IMG/VR virus record: IMGVR_UViG_3300031679_000007
Span: 1 to 34,966 of that record
DNA length: 34,966 nt
Source: a virus
Taxonomy: Duplodnaviria > Caudoviricetes
Direction: 5' to 3' (one strand)
Positions 1 to 9,214 of the stretch are shown here, one piece after another. Positions within the stretch are counted from its first letter, which is position 1; every line of letters starts with the position of its first letter. The notes beneath the pieces were generated by a model, which was not told the origin of the DNA, made no database searches, and saw only the letters and a program-made list of their open reading frames with translations. The position numbers and the translations under genes were made by a program.

Positions 1-1762
1 GGGTGGGACCGGGCCTGCCCGCCATCGGCGGCGGCCCACCCGGAGGCGGTCCACCACCTGGTGGGCCTCCTGGTGGTCCTCCACCTGGTGGTCCGGGGGA
101 TTGGCCCGGACCGTTGAACGCGCCTACCTGCATCATCCAGCCGAAGATCTGTGGATCGTACATGCTCAGACGCTTCATCACATTCGCCTGCACCATCAGC
201 GGGTGGTGATCCGCCGCTTCCTGGATCAACTCCTGGAAGGCGTCTTCTTCCGATTCGACCAGCTCCGGCACGTTGCGCCACGCGCGGGATTTGGAAATAA
301 AATTCGTCTGCACCAGCTGGTTGAGCGCTTGCGCGCGTTGCAGCACGTCCTGACCGAAGGCCGGTCCGAAACTGATGTCGCAGTCGTAGTAGCCGCGCAC
401 ATCCTCCGGTTTGAGGGTGATGACCTGCAGCGGTCGACCAGGATTGGAGCCGGCCTTGGTAGCCACCGGTAGCGTCACCGGTTGCTGGTACAGCTTCTCG
501 ACAATGATCAGCGCCATCTGCACGCACTTCTCCAGCGCCTGCTGGAGTGAGCGCAGCGCCGGCGCGACCTTGTTGCGGTCGGGGCCTTGCATCAAGCTGA
601 GCGCCTCGGCGGAACGCACGCCTGGGGGCATGTTGCCGGCGCTGGCGCCCAGCGCGTTCTGGCGGATCGCGGCCCGAATCCTGTCCCACGCCTCCCCGAC
701 CTGCGGCAGCGGCGCCTGGCCATTGAACGCTTCGACGGCCTCGCCTGGTCTGAGCGGGAATTGCCAGCCTGGGCGCTGCACGAACTTGCGGTTATCCAGG
801 AAGCGCGTCAACACCACCGGCCAGGCGGAGCGCGAGATGATGGTCAGGAACTGGGTGGCGACCGTCGACTCGGCGCGGTAGTCGTCGACGGCGTTACTGA
901 GAAAACCGCGGTAGCGGCGCTCCGGTTCGTCGACCGGCAGCTTGCGGAAGTGGACCGGCACAAACGGGATGAAGCCGTATTCGTTGCGCACCACGCCGCT
1001 CGAGCTGGAGGATGCGCCCGGCAGGATGGGCTGGTCCTCGACGTACACCGCGCGCCAGTCTTTACTCCAGAACGCGGTGAAGGTGATCAGCTCGTTGAAG
1101 CTGCGATTGGCGACGATGCGCGCCACCGCTGGAAAGCGCTCCGGTGGATACCAGTAGGTCAGGTCGGCGATGGTGCGCGTGAATTCCTCGAAGACGTACA
1201 GCAGCTGCGCGTTGGAGGTTTCGCGCGAGTACACGGTGCCGCGCGGCTTGATCTCGATGCTGAGCGGAATCCAGCTCTCTTTACGCGACTGCCACTCCGC
1301 CAAGCGCTGGTTGTACGAGTCCCAGGTCTCGTCGGCGTACGCGGTCGGCATCGTGTCGTCCGGCGGCGGGTTGTAGCCGACGAACAGCCAGCGGCGGCGC
1401 TGGACCAGGATGCCCCACAACAACTGGCGAATGAAGTCGTCCGGGTCGCGCCAGAAGGCGAGCAGCGCGCGGATCCACTTCTCGCGCTGGTCGGCGCGCG
1501 TCGACCAGTCCTGGGTGTCTTTGGGCGGGCGCACCTCGACGCCGATCGTGTCGCCCGGCGCGGCGGTCTCGAGCGCCTGGTCGACGTCGCCGGGCGCGGT
1601 GCCCAGGCGGATCGGCTGATAGCCCTCGGGCACCTCGACGTCGAATTGCTGGAAGTAGAGCGCTTCCTCGACGTCGATGGCGCGGTCCAGGCGCTGCTCT
1701 TCGCCGCGCAGCTCGAGCAGCCAGCTGAGGATCTGCGTGTGGCTGGGTTGGGCTTCGGTCAT
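1..1762 (-). CDS. Portal protein, 3' end truncated by the window edge
   Basis: Not in the ORF track because it runs off the left end. My translation from ATG 1762 (overlapping the upstream stop) is MTEAQPSHTQILSWLLELRGEEQRLDRAID...NEYGFIPFVPVHF...GVRSAEALSLMQ, open for >580 codons with a Gly/Pro-rich tail. The N-x-Y-G-F-I-P-F motif, size and position downstream of TerL fit a portal. Confidence 0.8.
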   Translation of the reverse strand, partial: MTEAQPSHTQILSWLLELRGEEQRLDRAIDVEEALYFQQFDVEVPEGYQPIRLGTAPGDVDQALETAAPGDTIGVEVRPPKDTQDWSTRADQREKWIRALLAFWRDPDDFIRQLLWGILVQRRRWLFVGYNPPPDDTMPTAYADETWDSYNQRLAEWQSRKESWIPLSIEIKPRGTVYSRETSNAQLLYVFEEFTRTIADLTYWYPPERFPAVARIVANRSFNELITFTAFWSKDWRAVYVEDQPILPGASSSSSGVVRNEYGFIPFVPVHFRKLPVDEPERRYRGFLSNAVDDYRAESTVATQFLTIISRSAWPVVLTRFLDNRKFVQRPGWQFPLRPGEAVEAFNGQAPLPQVGEAWDRIRAAIRQNALGASAGNMPPGVRSAEALSLMQGPDRNKVAPALRSLQQALEKCVQMALIIVEKLYQQPVTLPVATKAGSNPGRPLQVITLKPEDVRGYYDCDISFGPAFGQDVLQRAQALNQLVQTNFISKSRAWRNVPELVESEEDAFQELIQEAADHHPLMVQANVMKRLSMYDPQIFGWMMQVGAFNGPGQSPGPPGGGPPGGPPGGGPPPGGPPPMAGRPGPT

Positions 1763-2406
1763 GTTGGGGGTTGGCCGCTGGCGCCGAGCATGGCGTCGAG
1801 TTGCGCGAGCGTCTCGGTCACCTCCCAGCGTGAATCGAGCGTGGCGATGAAGGCCTGACCGGGCGAGCTGTCGCTGGCGATGTAGGTGCCCCAGGCGACG
1901 ATGGCCGAGATAGCCATGCGCACGACCACCAGGTCACCCCGCACCGGGTGAACGCTGATGCACGCCACCGTCGTAGCCGGCACGGCGTCATATTCGACCG
2001 CGTAGAGCCACGCCGACTGATCCGAGCCGCTGTTGCCGTTGTTGGTCGTCTGGGCAAAGAGATACTCGCCGGCGTCCAGCTGGAAGTCGAGGTTCTGCTG
2101 CTCGCTGGCATAGGCGCCCTGAGACAGGCCGCCCGAATGCGCGGCGATGATTGGCCCGAACTGGTCGCGGATGCTGCACGCCTGATCGCCGCCCTGCGCA
2201 TTCTGGGCAAAGACACCTCCCAGTTCGATGCTCGCGCGCCGCCCGCTCGGCACCGTGTAGCGCCACTGTTCGACGGCGCCCTGACCGGACGGAATCGTGG
2301 CGCGGAAATTCTCACGGATATCCAACGCATTCTGGGCGTTGGCTGGTACCGGCACGCTAATGGTTGCCGCAGCCGCAGCCGACCGGATGTTTGCCGGCGC
2401 CACCAC
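1759..2406 (-). CDS. Hypothetical protein, possibly virion-associated (beta-rich N-terminal domain)
   Basis: 215-aa ORF with GC3-biased codons; its stop overlaps the portal ATG. Confidence 0.65.
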   Translation of the reverse strand: MVAPANIRSAAAAATISVPVPANAQNALDIRENFRATIPSGQGAVEQWRYTVPSGRRASIELGGVFAQNAQGGDQACSIRDQFGPIIAAHSGGLSQGAYASEQQNLDFQLDAGEYLFAQTTNNGNSGSDQSAWLYAVEYDAVPATTVACISVHPVRGDLVVVRMAISAIVAWGTYIASDSSPGQAFIATLDSRWEVTETLAQLDAMLGASGQPPT

Positions 2407-2848
2407 CCTTGCCGGTGGGTTTGCTCGAGGCTTTGCCCAGTTTGGCGTTCGCCCTGGCTTTGATCTTGGCTCTGGCGGCCGGCGGCGCGTTGCCGATCAT
2501 GCTCAGCGCGGCGCGAGCGTGGTTCTTGTCGTTGACCGGGAAGGAGCGATTCGGGCCGGCGAAGGCGCTGTCGGGCAACGCCTTGCGCTCGGCCGCGGAC
2601 AGGCGACCGCCCTTGCCCACCTTGCGATCGCCACCGCCGCCGCCCACGTTTGGCAGGCTGGGCAGCGCGATGTTGGGCAACGCCATTGACGGAGAGGGCA
2701 GGCCGGCGCGACGGCGCTGCATCGGCGCCTGGCGCAGCGCCATGTTGGCCATGCTCGGCATCTGCATCGTGCTGGCCTTGGCACGCATCGGCGGGCGGAT
2801 ACGGCCGAGCGACGAGAGCTGCGGCTTGGGTGGCTGCGGGCGGCTCAT
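2357..2848 (-). CDS. Basic phage protein with DUF6582-like domain
   Basis: LSAAERKALPDSAFAGPNRSFPVNDKNHARAAL resembles the DUF6582 motif of phage head-region proteins (from recall, not searched). Confidence 0.65.
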   Translation of the reverse strand: MSRPQPPKPQLSSLGRIRPPMRAKASTMQMPSMANMALRQAPMQRRRAGLPSPSMALPNIALPSLPNVGGGGGDRKVGKGGRLSAAERKALPDSAFAGPNRSFPVNDKNHARAALSMIGNAPPAARAKIKARANAKLGKASSKPTGKGGGAGKHPVGCGCGNH

Positions 2849-2896
2849 ACCACCAGCCTGCGACAGCTAGCCTGTCATCACCAAACGAGACGGTCC

Positions 2897-3043
2897 CTAG
2901 CGGCGGGGGCTGAGGTTCAACGCCGCTTTGCGCCGCAGCGCCTCGCGCCGGCGCGCCTTGCACCGAACACAGCGCACCGACAGCTTGTGCCGCAGTCGGA
3001 ATGCGCCGCATTCAGGGCACAGCGGCAACAGATCCCGCTTCAC
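2897..3043 (-). CDS. Small Zn-finger protein
   Basis: GTG overlaps the upstream stop (GTGA); CPEC...CVRC followed by a basic tail. Confidence 0.55.
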   Translation of the reverse strand: MKRDLLPLCPECGAFRLRHKLSVRCVRCKARRREALRRKAALNLSPRR

Positions 3044-3438
3044 TCCTCGAGGAGCGAGTAGCCGCGTTGCTCGAGCGTTTGGAGCATCTGGGCGCACAGG
3101 AAGCGCACGTGCTGCTCGCCGGCCACCTGAGCGTCACGAATCACCTGCAGCACGCCCATACAGGCGCGCAGCGCCTCACCCTCACCGCTCTGCGCGGACT
3201 CGATCGGCTCGATGCGGTCGATCGTGCCCGAACGGTACACGGCGTCACCGATGGTGATGAACGCGGTGTTGTCGAGCGCGAAGCGCGTCTCGCGTGCCCA
3301 GAAGGCCCAGGCGTCCGGGCCATCGCCGAAGACCACCTCGCGCACGTCCTCGTGGCCGCTCGAGTCGACCACCTTGACCCGTCCCCGGCGTAATCCGGAT
3401 TCCGTTTGCGCCGGGATGGCCGGCACACGCTCAATCAC
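3040..3438 (-). CDS. Hypothetical protein
   Basis: GTG 3438 overlaps the TerL stop (GTGA); coding-like codon bias. Confidence 0.6.
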   Translation of the reverse strand: MIERVPAIPAQTESGLRRGRVKVVDSSGHEDVREVVFGDGPDAWAFWARETRFALDNTAFITIGDAVYRSGTIDRIEPIESAQSGEGEALRACMGVLQVIRDAQVAGEQHVRFLCAQMLQTLEQRGYSLLEE

Positions 3439-5648
3439 GCGATCTCCAGGTAGCTCTGGCCTTCCATGCGTCTGGGCATGAGTTGCAGGCGCACCGACTC
3501 CAGCCAGTTGGTGCCCTGGTAGCTGTCGCGCCCGGCGACGTCGACCTGCAGATACGTGCTGGCCTCGATGCCCGACTGCCATAGATGCCTGCGGTGCATC
3601 CAGCAGAAGTACCTGAGCACGTCACAGGCGTGGTCCTGCGTCCTGCGCACGATCAGCTTCGGGTCGACGTAGCTGGTGTCGCGGCGCCTGAGCTTGCGGT
3701 AGCTGATCAGCTCGCGCGCCAGGTTGGGGCAGCGCTCCTTGCTGATGCGGATGCCGCTGCAGTCGCGCAGCGCCTCCAGGTCCTCGCCGCTCAGCGCGGA
3801 ATCGACCAGGCGTTCCTCGAGGTCCATCGCGATCTGCGGGCGTATGCGTTCGGGCACCTCGTCGAGGCTCGCGAAGCCGGCGTCGCGCAGCACGCGCGTC
3901 ATCAGCTCGCGCTCGTACTGCCGCCAGCGCAGCGGGTTGCGGAACGTGTTGTTGACGATCGGCACGCTCGAGTCGAGGTCCGGCTTGCCGGGCACGATCT
4001 CGCCCTTGCGGTTCTCGCTGACGATCGGCGCGGCGGGCCAGTCCTGCTGCGCCCAGCGCATGATCTCGATCGGGTTGGCGCCCTGGTCCAGGTAGATGAC
4101 GCTCACCCAGTTGCGCCACAGGCGCTGGTCCAGCTCGGACGCGACCTCCTCGGCGGTCACGCCGGCGCGATAGAACTCGTCGACCACGTCGACACGATCG
4201 GCGCCGTAGTCCTGGAAGGCGAGCACGCAGTACTCGTTGATGCCGCCCGAAGGGTCAGCCACGCAGATGACGGGTTGCCAGGGATTGAAGGGCAACTCGT
4301 CGTACAGGTGCACGCTCGGCTTGTAGGCGTAGTAGATCCGATCGCGCTCGCCGGTCGGCTTGCCGCCGTAGATGGCTAAAAACGCGGCCGGGTCCCTGGC
4401 GTGCTCGCGCTCGGCGTCCTTGATCGCCTGCGACTCGCGGCCCTGCGGGAAGCGGTAGAAGTTGATCCACGAGGGCGAGTCGAACGTCTCCCAGTTCGGA
4501 TCCTCGTCGATGATCGCCTGCTCGACGCGCTGGTTGAACCAGGATTCGTCGCCCTGCTGGGCGCTCGAGATGATGAGCGCCTTGCCCATCTTGTCGGCCA
4601 GCGTGGGCAGGCACTTCTTGGTCCAGTCCTGTTCGGAGGCGTACTCGGCCTCGTCCAGGATCAGGAAATCGACGCCGGTGCCCGCGGCGCTCAGGTCGCT
4701 CGACAGGCTGATGCCGTGCAGCACCGAGCCGTTCTCCAGCTCGATGTAGCGATTGTCACTGGCGTTGCGCCACAAGCGCGCCGTCTTGCGATAGCCGCGA
4801 TCCCCGAGCTTTTCGGCCAGCACGTTGAAGCAGCGCCCGACCGCGTCGTCGGTCTTGGCCGTGCACCACACCACCGCGCGCTGGCGCACCAGGGCCAACG
4901 CGGCGCCCTCGGCCGCGGCGTACACGCTTTTGCCGCCGCGGCGACCCCAGCGCGCGATGCGAAAGCGCGCTTCGCTCCTGGCCAGCGCTTGCTGCCAGGT
5001 CCAGCGACCGGGCAACTCGTCGCGTGCCCACTGCTCGGTCTCGCGCTGATACACGCGATACGCCTCGTCGCGGTCGATCTCGTCGACGATCTGACCCAGC
5101 TCGCGCAGCTTGAAGGCGACCGTCGAGCCGAGCGCGGCGTCGTCCGGCACGTACAGCCCGCCCGGTACGAAGCCGAGCAACTGGAAGCCGCGAAACACGT
5201 CGGCGCGTGTCCAGGGACGGGACGCGGCGATGCGTCCCTGGACGCGATCCTGCAACTGATCGAGCGGGTTGTTGCCCGAGCGCGAGCTGAGGCGTGTCGC
5301 GTCCAGCGCACCGCGTGAGAGCTGGCCGTACAGCTCGCCCACCACGGCTGAGGTGGTCGTCTGTGGCTGGGGCGGCAGCATCTCGAGCGGCACGTGTTTG
5401 GTCTGCTTCAGGAAGAGCTTGTTGATCTCGCCGGCTTCGGCGTGGCGGGCGCGCTTTTTTCGCTCGCCGCGCTGCTTGTCGTAGCAGTGGCGGCACAGGT
5501 TCTCGTGGCCGACCGAGTTGTGCTTGTTTTGCTTGAACAGGCGGATCGGGCCGTTCTGGCCGCACACGCGGCAGACGCGCACCCCGATGCCTTCGGGGTT
5601 CGCCTCGCGATCCCACTCGATGCGTACCCACGGCCTGCTGACGCCCAT
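3435..5648 (-). CDS. terL: Terminase large subunit with N-terminal Zn-finger extension
   Basis: ATG 5648 in a TGATG overlap. Walker A WGRRGGKS, Walker B FLILDEAE, coupling motif LIISS, nuclease VADPSG and C-terminal DHACDVLRY. The longer start in the ORF track overlaps TerS. Confidence 0.92.
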   Translation of the reverse strand: MGVSRPWVRIEWDREANPEGIGVRVCRVCGQNGPIRLFKQNKHNSVGHENLCRHCYDKQRGERKKRARHAEAGEINKLFLKQTKHVPLEMLPPQPQTTTSAVVGELYGQLSRGALDATRLSSRSGNNPLDQLQDRVQGRIAASRPWTRADVFRGFQLLGFVPGGLYVPDDAALGSTVAFKLRELGQIVDEIDRDEAYRVYQRETEQWARDELPGRWTWQQALARSEARFRIARWGRRGGKSVYAAAEGAALALVRQRAVVWCTAKTDDAVGRCFNVLAEKLGDRGYRKTARLWRNASDNRYIELENGSVLHGISLSSDLSAAGTGVDFLILDEAEYASEQDWTKKCLPTLADKMGKALIISSAQQGDESWFNQRVEQAIIDEDPNWETFDSPSWINFYRFPQGRESQAIKDAEREHARDPAAFLAIYGGKPTGERDRIYYAYKPSVHLYDELPFNPWQPVICVADPSGGINEYCVLAFQDYGADRVDVVDEFYRAGVTAEEVASELDQRLWRNWVSVIYLDQGANPIEIMRWAQQDWPAAPIVSENRKGEIVPGKPDLDSSVPIVNNTFRNPLRWRQYERELMTRVLRDAGFASLDEVPERIRPQIAMDLEERLVDSALSGEDLEALRDCSGIRISKERCPNLARELISYRKLRRRDTSYVDPKLIVRRTQDHACDVLRYFCWMHRRHLWQSGIEASTYLQVDVAGRDSYQGTNWLESVRLQLMPRRMEGQSYLEIA

Positions 5649-6178
5649 CAGGCCGCCTTGCCCTCGAGCTGGGCGCGCACCGCGAGCATGATCCGCAGGA
5701 ACGTCTGGGGGTCCACGAAGGCCTCGACAATGCGCAATGTTTCCACAACCGCGGCATTGACCTCGGTCACGACGATTTCTTGCCGGCGTGCCTCGGTGTA
5801 GCGCTGCGCCTGCTCGATGAGTTTTCTGAGCACTTCGATGGCCTTGAGGTAGGCATTCACGGCCTTCTCGGCGGCGGCCAGCTGCGCCTGGGCTTCGATG
5901 ACGACCTGCTCGGGGTCGGCATCCTCGGCGAGCGCGATCTGGCGGGCGATGATCTGGTCGAGTGAGTCGAGGCCGCGGATGGCGCCGGTGGCCTCCATGC
6001 GCCGCACCTGGACGTACAGCCCAGCCGCCAGGTCGCACAGCAACTCGTACTGCGGGCCGCGGCTGGCGTAGCGCTCGAGCAGCGCATTGACCGTGTCGGT
6101 GTACAGCTGCGCCCACTGGCCGCGCAGACTCGAGGGGGCTGGCACGTTCCAGCGCTTGGGGATGACCAGCTCAGGCAT
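5648..6178 (-). CDS. Probable terminase small subunit
   Basis: Helical/coiled-coil 176-aa protein directly upstream of, and translationally coupled to, TerL. The function is inferred from position. Confidence 0.6.
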   Translation of the reverse strand: MPELVIPKRWNVPAPSSLRGQWAQLYTDTVNALLERYASRGPQYELLCDLAAGLYVQVRRMEATGAIRGLDSLDQIIARQIALAEDADPEQVVIEAQAQLAAAEKAVNAYLKAIEVLRKLIEQAQRYTEARRQEIVVTEVNAAVVETLRIVEAFVDPQTFLRIMLAVRAQLEGKAA

Positions 6179-6377
6179 CAGCGGGTTTATAGACCTCCAG
6201 GTGACTCTGGCACCGCGCAATGAGATTGAGCAACTTCAGGTGGCACTCGCCGCAGATGCGCCAGCGCCCGGTCTCAGGCAAGCGCGGTCCGACCAGCGTG
6301 AGCGCGACCGATGGCGGTAGCCACGAGTACGTCGAGGCGCACCAGTCGCAACGGCCGTAGTCACTCGATCGGCGCAT
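6171..6377 (-). CDS. Small Zn-finger protein
   Basis: MRRSSDYGRCDWC...ICGECH; fills the gap between its neighbours. Confidence 0.5.
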   Translation of the reverse strand: MRRSSDYGRCDWCASTYSWLPPSVALTLVGPRLPETGRWRICGECHLKLLNLIARCQSHLEVYKPADA

Positions 6378-6846
6378 CGGGTGCCTCGACTTTCCGCTTC
6401 GGCCTGGTCCTGAGTTTCTTGGCCAGCTCGGCGATGTAGTCGCGGCGGATGGTTCGCTCACTCTCGTCCTCGGCCATCGCCGCCGCCTGGGCGCGGCAGT
6501 CATCGCAGTGATTAGCCGGGTCATCAGCACCGGTGCAGACCGGACACGGCACCGAAAGCACGTTCGGCCCACGGCTGAGATGCTGCTTGCCCTTGCAGTG
6601 ACTGCAAGCGTTGAGAGCGAAGTCCTGCTTCGAGTAGGGCCGCTCGGGTGGTGGCAGCATCTGCTCCAGGCGGCGTTGACCCTCCAGGTCTTCGCTGAGC
6701 CAGCGCCGCGCGCTGTCGTACGACGGCTGATTCTGTAGCCGCTCGAAACAGGCGCGAATCGAGATTTCGTACGCCTCCCGGGTGCTGAACTGGGGCACGA
6801 ATTCTTCCATCAGCGCCCGGGCCTCTTCGGTGGTCATCAGGCCCAT
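6361..6846 (-). CDS. Zn-binding protein downstream of the initiator (possible helicase-loader partner)
   Basis: GGGGAGG RBS; CSHC, CPVC and HCDDC motifs; position after the initiator. Confidence 0.6.
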   Translation of the reverse strand: MGLMTTEEARALMEEFVPQFSTREAYEISIRACFERLQNQPSYDSARRWLSEDLEGQRRLEQMLPPPERPYSKQDFALNACSHCKGKQHLSRGPNVLSVPCPVCTGADDPANHCDDCRAQAAAMAEDESERTIRRDYIAELAKKLRTRPKRKVEAPDAPIE

Positions 6847-7433
6847 GTCGACCTCCCCGGGTGCGGCGACTCGATGCCAGCCGCGGTCATCACGGCGGCG
6901 ACATCGGACCGCGTCTCGTGCGTGCGTGCGTGCGTGCGCGCAGGGGTAGCTGCAGCAGCGGCTGCTGCTGCTTTAACCGGGTCGTTAACCGGGTCCGGGA
7001 CCTCCGAACCAACGCCGTGACTTACGCCGTGACTTACGCCGTGACTTACGCCGTTAGTTACGCCGTTAGTTACGGGCGCAGTTACGCCGTAACGCTGGCG
7101 CTGGCGCAAGCCACGCATGCGCTTGGCGGAGCCAGCCTTCTCGGCTATGACCTGTTCGCGTGACGGGTTGTATTCGAGGTAATCGTGGATCTCCCAGCCG
7201 CCGTCGAAGCGCACCCAGCGCCGCGCCAGGCGCAACTCGTCGAGTGTGGCGGACAGGTCGACGACGTCGACTTCCGCGGCGACGATGCGTACGTCGCGAT
7301 CAGTGAGCTTCCCGTCGCGCAACTCGCGCGCCGAGAACGTGATGCCAGCCAGGTCGAGCAGCTTTGCATCTTTGGACAGAGCCGCCGTTTTGTGATGGGT
7401 GAAGTAGCCATCATCAATGCGCGCCCAGACCAT
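6837..7433 (-). CDS. Phage replication initiator (replisome-organiser type)
   Basis: MVWARIDDGYFTHHK...GWEIHDYLEYNPSREQV N-terminal domain typical of high-GC phage initiators, followed by an iteron-encoded VTNG/VSHG linker. ATG lies in a TGATG overlap. Confidence 0.75.
   Translation of the reverse strand: MVWARIDDGYFTHHKTAALSKDAKLLDLAGITFSARELRDGKLTDRDVRIVAAEVDVVDLSATLDELRLARRWVRFDGGWEIHDYLEYNPSREQVIAEKAGSAKRMRGLRQRQRYGVTAPVTNGVTNGVSHGVSHGVSHGVGSEVPDPVNDPVKAAAAAAAATPARTHARTHETRSDVAAVMTAAGIESPHPGRSTWA
7012..7095. repeat. Seven 12-bp tandem repeats, probable origin iterons
   Basis: ACGCCGTGACTT x3, ACGCCGTTAGTT x2, then two degenerate units. TTAACCGGGTC x2 (6973-6995) and (CGTG)5 (6917-6936) lie nearby. 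Confidence 0.75.
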
Positions 7434-7525
7434 CAGCGCTGCCCGCGCGTCTTGCATAGGCATGCTAGGCAGGCTGTAGGATGGAGACACCCACGAAGGG
7501 TGCGTCGATGTGAAGGACCGGTCAT
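7433..7525 (-). CDS. 30-aa leader ORF coupled to the initiator
   Basis: Strong AAAGGAGGT RBS before ATG 7525; its stop overlaps the initiator ATG. Confidence 0.4.
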   Translation of the reverse strand: MTGPSHRRTLRGCLHPTACLACLCKTRGQR

Positions 7526-7762
7526 CCAGCGACCTCCTTTATGTCCGGCCGTCAGGCGGTTCACACGCCTGGCGGCTTTTCTTTTGCAGTTGACTGAACA
7601 TGGTACGCGCCTCGCAGAACGTCTGTCCGGGTGGGTGCCGGCCGCTGTCACGTGCGGGTAGCTGGGCCGATCTTTTCAGCATGGACCCACCCGCCTTGCC
7701 AGGCAAAACGAGACGGTCCCGCTCTCGCTGCCTAGGCGTCAGTGCGCTATGCTCTAGGCACT

Positions 7763-8188
7763 ATGCTCGAGGCCATCGAAGACGTCCGGGACGGCCAGGA
7801 CGAGGTCAGCTGGGCGGTCCCGCTGGACGGAGTCTGGCTCCCCCTGGCGGAAGCCGCGGTGGCGCTGGGGTGCTCCACCGACACGGTCAGGCGCCGCTTG
7901 AAGCAGGGTTCGATGCCCTTCAAACTCGAGTCCGGGCGCTACCTGGTGTTCTTACCCAACACCCAGCCGATCCGCCCGCTGATCGTCGAGGACGAGGTCA
8001 GCCCCAACGTCAAAGCCATCCTCGAGTTGCTGCGCGAGGACCGCGAGTTGCAGCGCCAGGAGAACAGCCAGCTGCACGAGGAGCTGGCGAAAACGCGCGC
8101 CGAGCTGGTCAAAGCCCAGGCCGCGCTGCCGCCCAAACGGCGTCTGAGCCTGTTCGAGTGGCTGAGCCATCTCTGGGCAGCACAGTAG
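7763..8188 (+). CDS. Excisionase/MerR-like HTH protein with coiled coil
   Basis: WLPLAEAAVALGCSTDTVRRRLKQG HTH followed by a heptad coiled coil; TATGCT -10 at 7748-7753. Confidence 0.8.
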   Translation: MLEAIEDVRDGQDEVSWAVPLDGVWLPLAEAAVALGCSTDTVRRRLKQGSMPFKLESGRYLVFLPNTQPIRPLIVEDEVSPNVKAILELLREDRELQRQENSQLHEELAKTRAELVKAQAALPPKRRLSLFEWLSHLWAAQ

Positions 8189-8376
8189 CGTCACAACCGC
8201 CGGCGCGCTGTCAGGCGTGCGGCCACGCTGGCTATCTGCACGCCTCGATCTACAGTCAGCAGGCGTGGTGCATCGCCTGGGATCAGGCGCGCGGCGTGTT
8301 CTGTGGCTGTGAGCGTCCTGTGAAGATTGCGTCAACCCACCACACCCTCACACAACCCACCACACACCCCGCCTGA
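8158..8376 (+). CDS. Small Cys/His-rich protein
   Basis: CQACGH..H...C...CGC pattern; the start codon is uncertain. Confidence 0.35.
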   Translation: MAEPSLGSTVASQPPARCQACGHAGYLHASIYSQQAWCIAWDQARGVFCGCERPVKIASTHHTLTQPTTHPA

Positions 8377-8384
8377 GGCGCGCA

Positions 8385-8588
8385 TTACTCGGCGATGACG
8401 CGCACCACGAGTGCCTCGAGCATGCCGACTGGCTGGCTCTGGGCGCAGCCGAAGCAGATCACGTGCGGCAAGACGAACGTGACACACGTGTTGCCTTTGC
8501 ACGCGCAGCGCATCGAGGTCAGCACCGGCTTGTACTGGTTGCAGTGCTCGCAACTGACGCACTCGACCAGGTCGACCGCCAGGCTCAC
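8385..8588 (-). CDS. Small Cys-rich protein
   Basis: GTGA-coupled start; CVSCEHC, CACK and CFGC motifs. Confidence 0.55.
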   Translation of the reverse strand: MSLAVDLVECVSCEHCNQYKPVLTSMRCACKGNTCVTFVLPHVICFGCAQSQPVGMLEALVVRVIAE

Positions 8589-8872
8589 GAGGGCACCGAC
8601 ACCGCGTTCAGCGTGTAGCGCCACAGGGGGGCGTTCGGCTGGGGGGACATGTACTGGTTGCGCCAGGGATAGTCGGGCGGCACCGCGTAGCGCAGCGCGT
8701 CGATGCTGGCGCTATCCGCGTAGCGTTGCGCTTTATTGATGTCCGCGTCAGAGATGATCGACCAGTCGATGTTGCCGGTGCCCTGGTCGTAGCTGACCAG
8801 GTACTGGCTGTCGTGGATGGTATGGAACTGCGGCGTCTGGAACAGCCCCACGATCTGAGCGACGTACGGCAT
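8585..8872 (-). CDS. Hypothetical protein
   Basis: 95-aa ORF with strong GC3 bias and globular composition. Confidence 0.7.
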   Translation of the reverse strand: MPYVAQIVGLFQTPQFHTIHDSQYLVSYDQGTGNIDWSIISDADINKAQRYADSASIDALRYAVPPDYPWRNQYMSPQPNAPLWRYTLNAVSVPS

Positions 8873-8875
8873 GCC

Positions 8876-9214
8876 TCACCCCACCGGATGCAGGAACCAG
8901 ATCAACTCGTGGTCGAGCAACTGGTCGAGGTGCTGCGCGCAGCCCCAGCGCGTGTGACCAGTCGCCACCGCCGCCCAGCGCGCCGACGTGCCGCAGCCCG
9001 CCTCGCACGCCTGCCCCACCGTGATCCTGGCGAAGAAGTCGCTCAGCTCAGAGGCGATGGCCGAGTCCTGGGGCTTCCTGGTCGCCAGCGGCTCGGCCGC
9101 CGGCACTGTGACCAGTTGGGGTGCTTTTGGAGGCCGCGTACTGGGCGGCCTGGCCTGGCCTGTGCGACGCGGACGACGAGTGCTGACTGGCGTGGCGGAG
9201 CTTCGAGGTGACAT
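8876..9214 (-). CDS. Hypothetical protein with C-terminal Zn-binding motif
   Basis: ATG 9214 downstream of a TATGAT -10 element; CEAGC...CAQH motif. Confidence 0.55.
   Translation of the reverse strand: MSPRSSATPVSTRRPRRTGQARPPSTRPPKAPQLVTVPAAEPLATRKPQDSAIASELSDFFARITVGQACEAGCGTSARWAAVATGHTRWGCAQHLDQLLDHELIWFLHPVG

Noticed and set aside
1-110. G/C-rich tandem repeat at the left edge
   Set aside because: It simply encodes the GGPP low-complexity tail of the portal.
587-1858. 423-aa + strand ORF, and similar long ORFs at 22663-24051, 31755-32879, 4401-5318 and 33475-34317
   Set aside because: These are antisense shadows of well-supported minus-strand genes, with no motifs of their own.
5649-6116. 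893-aa TerL starting at 6116
   Set aside because: The extra 156 codons are low-complexity Arg-rich sequence overlapping TerS. The TGATG-coupled ATG at 5648 is the better start.
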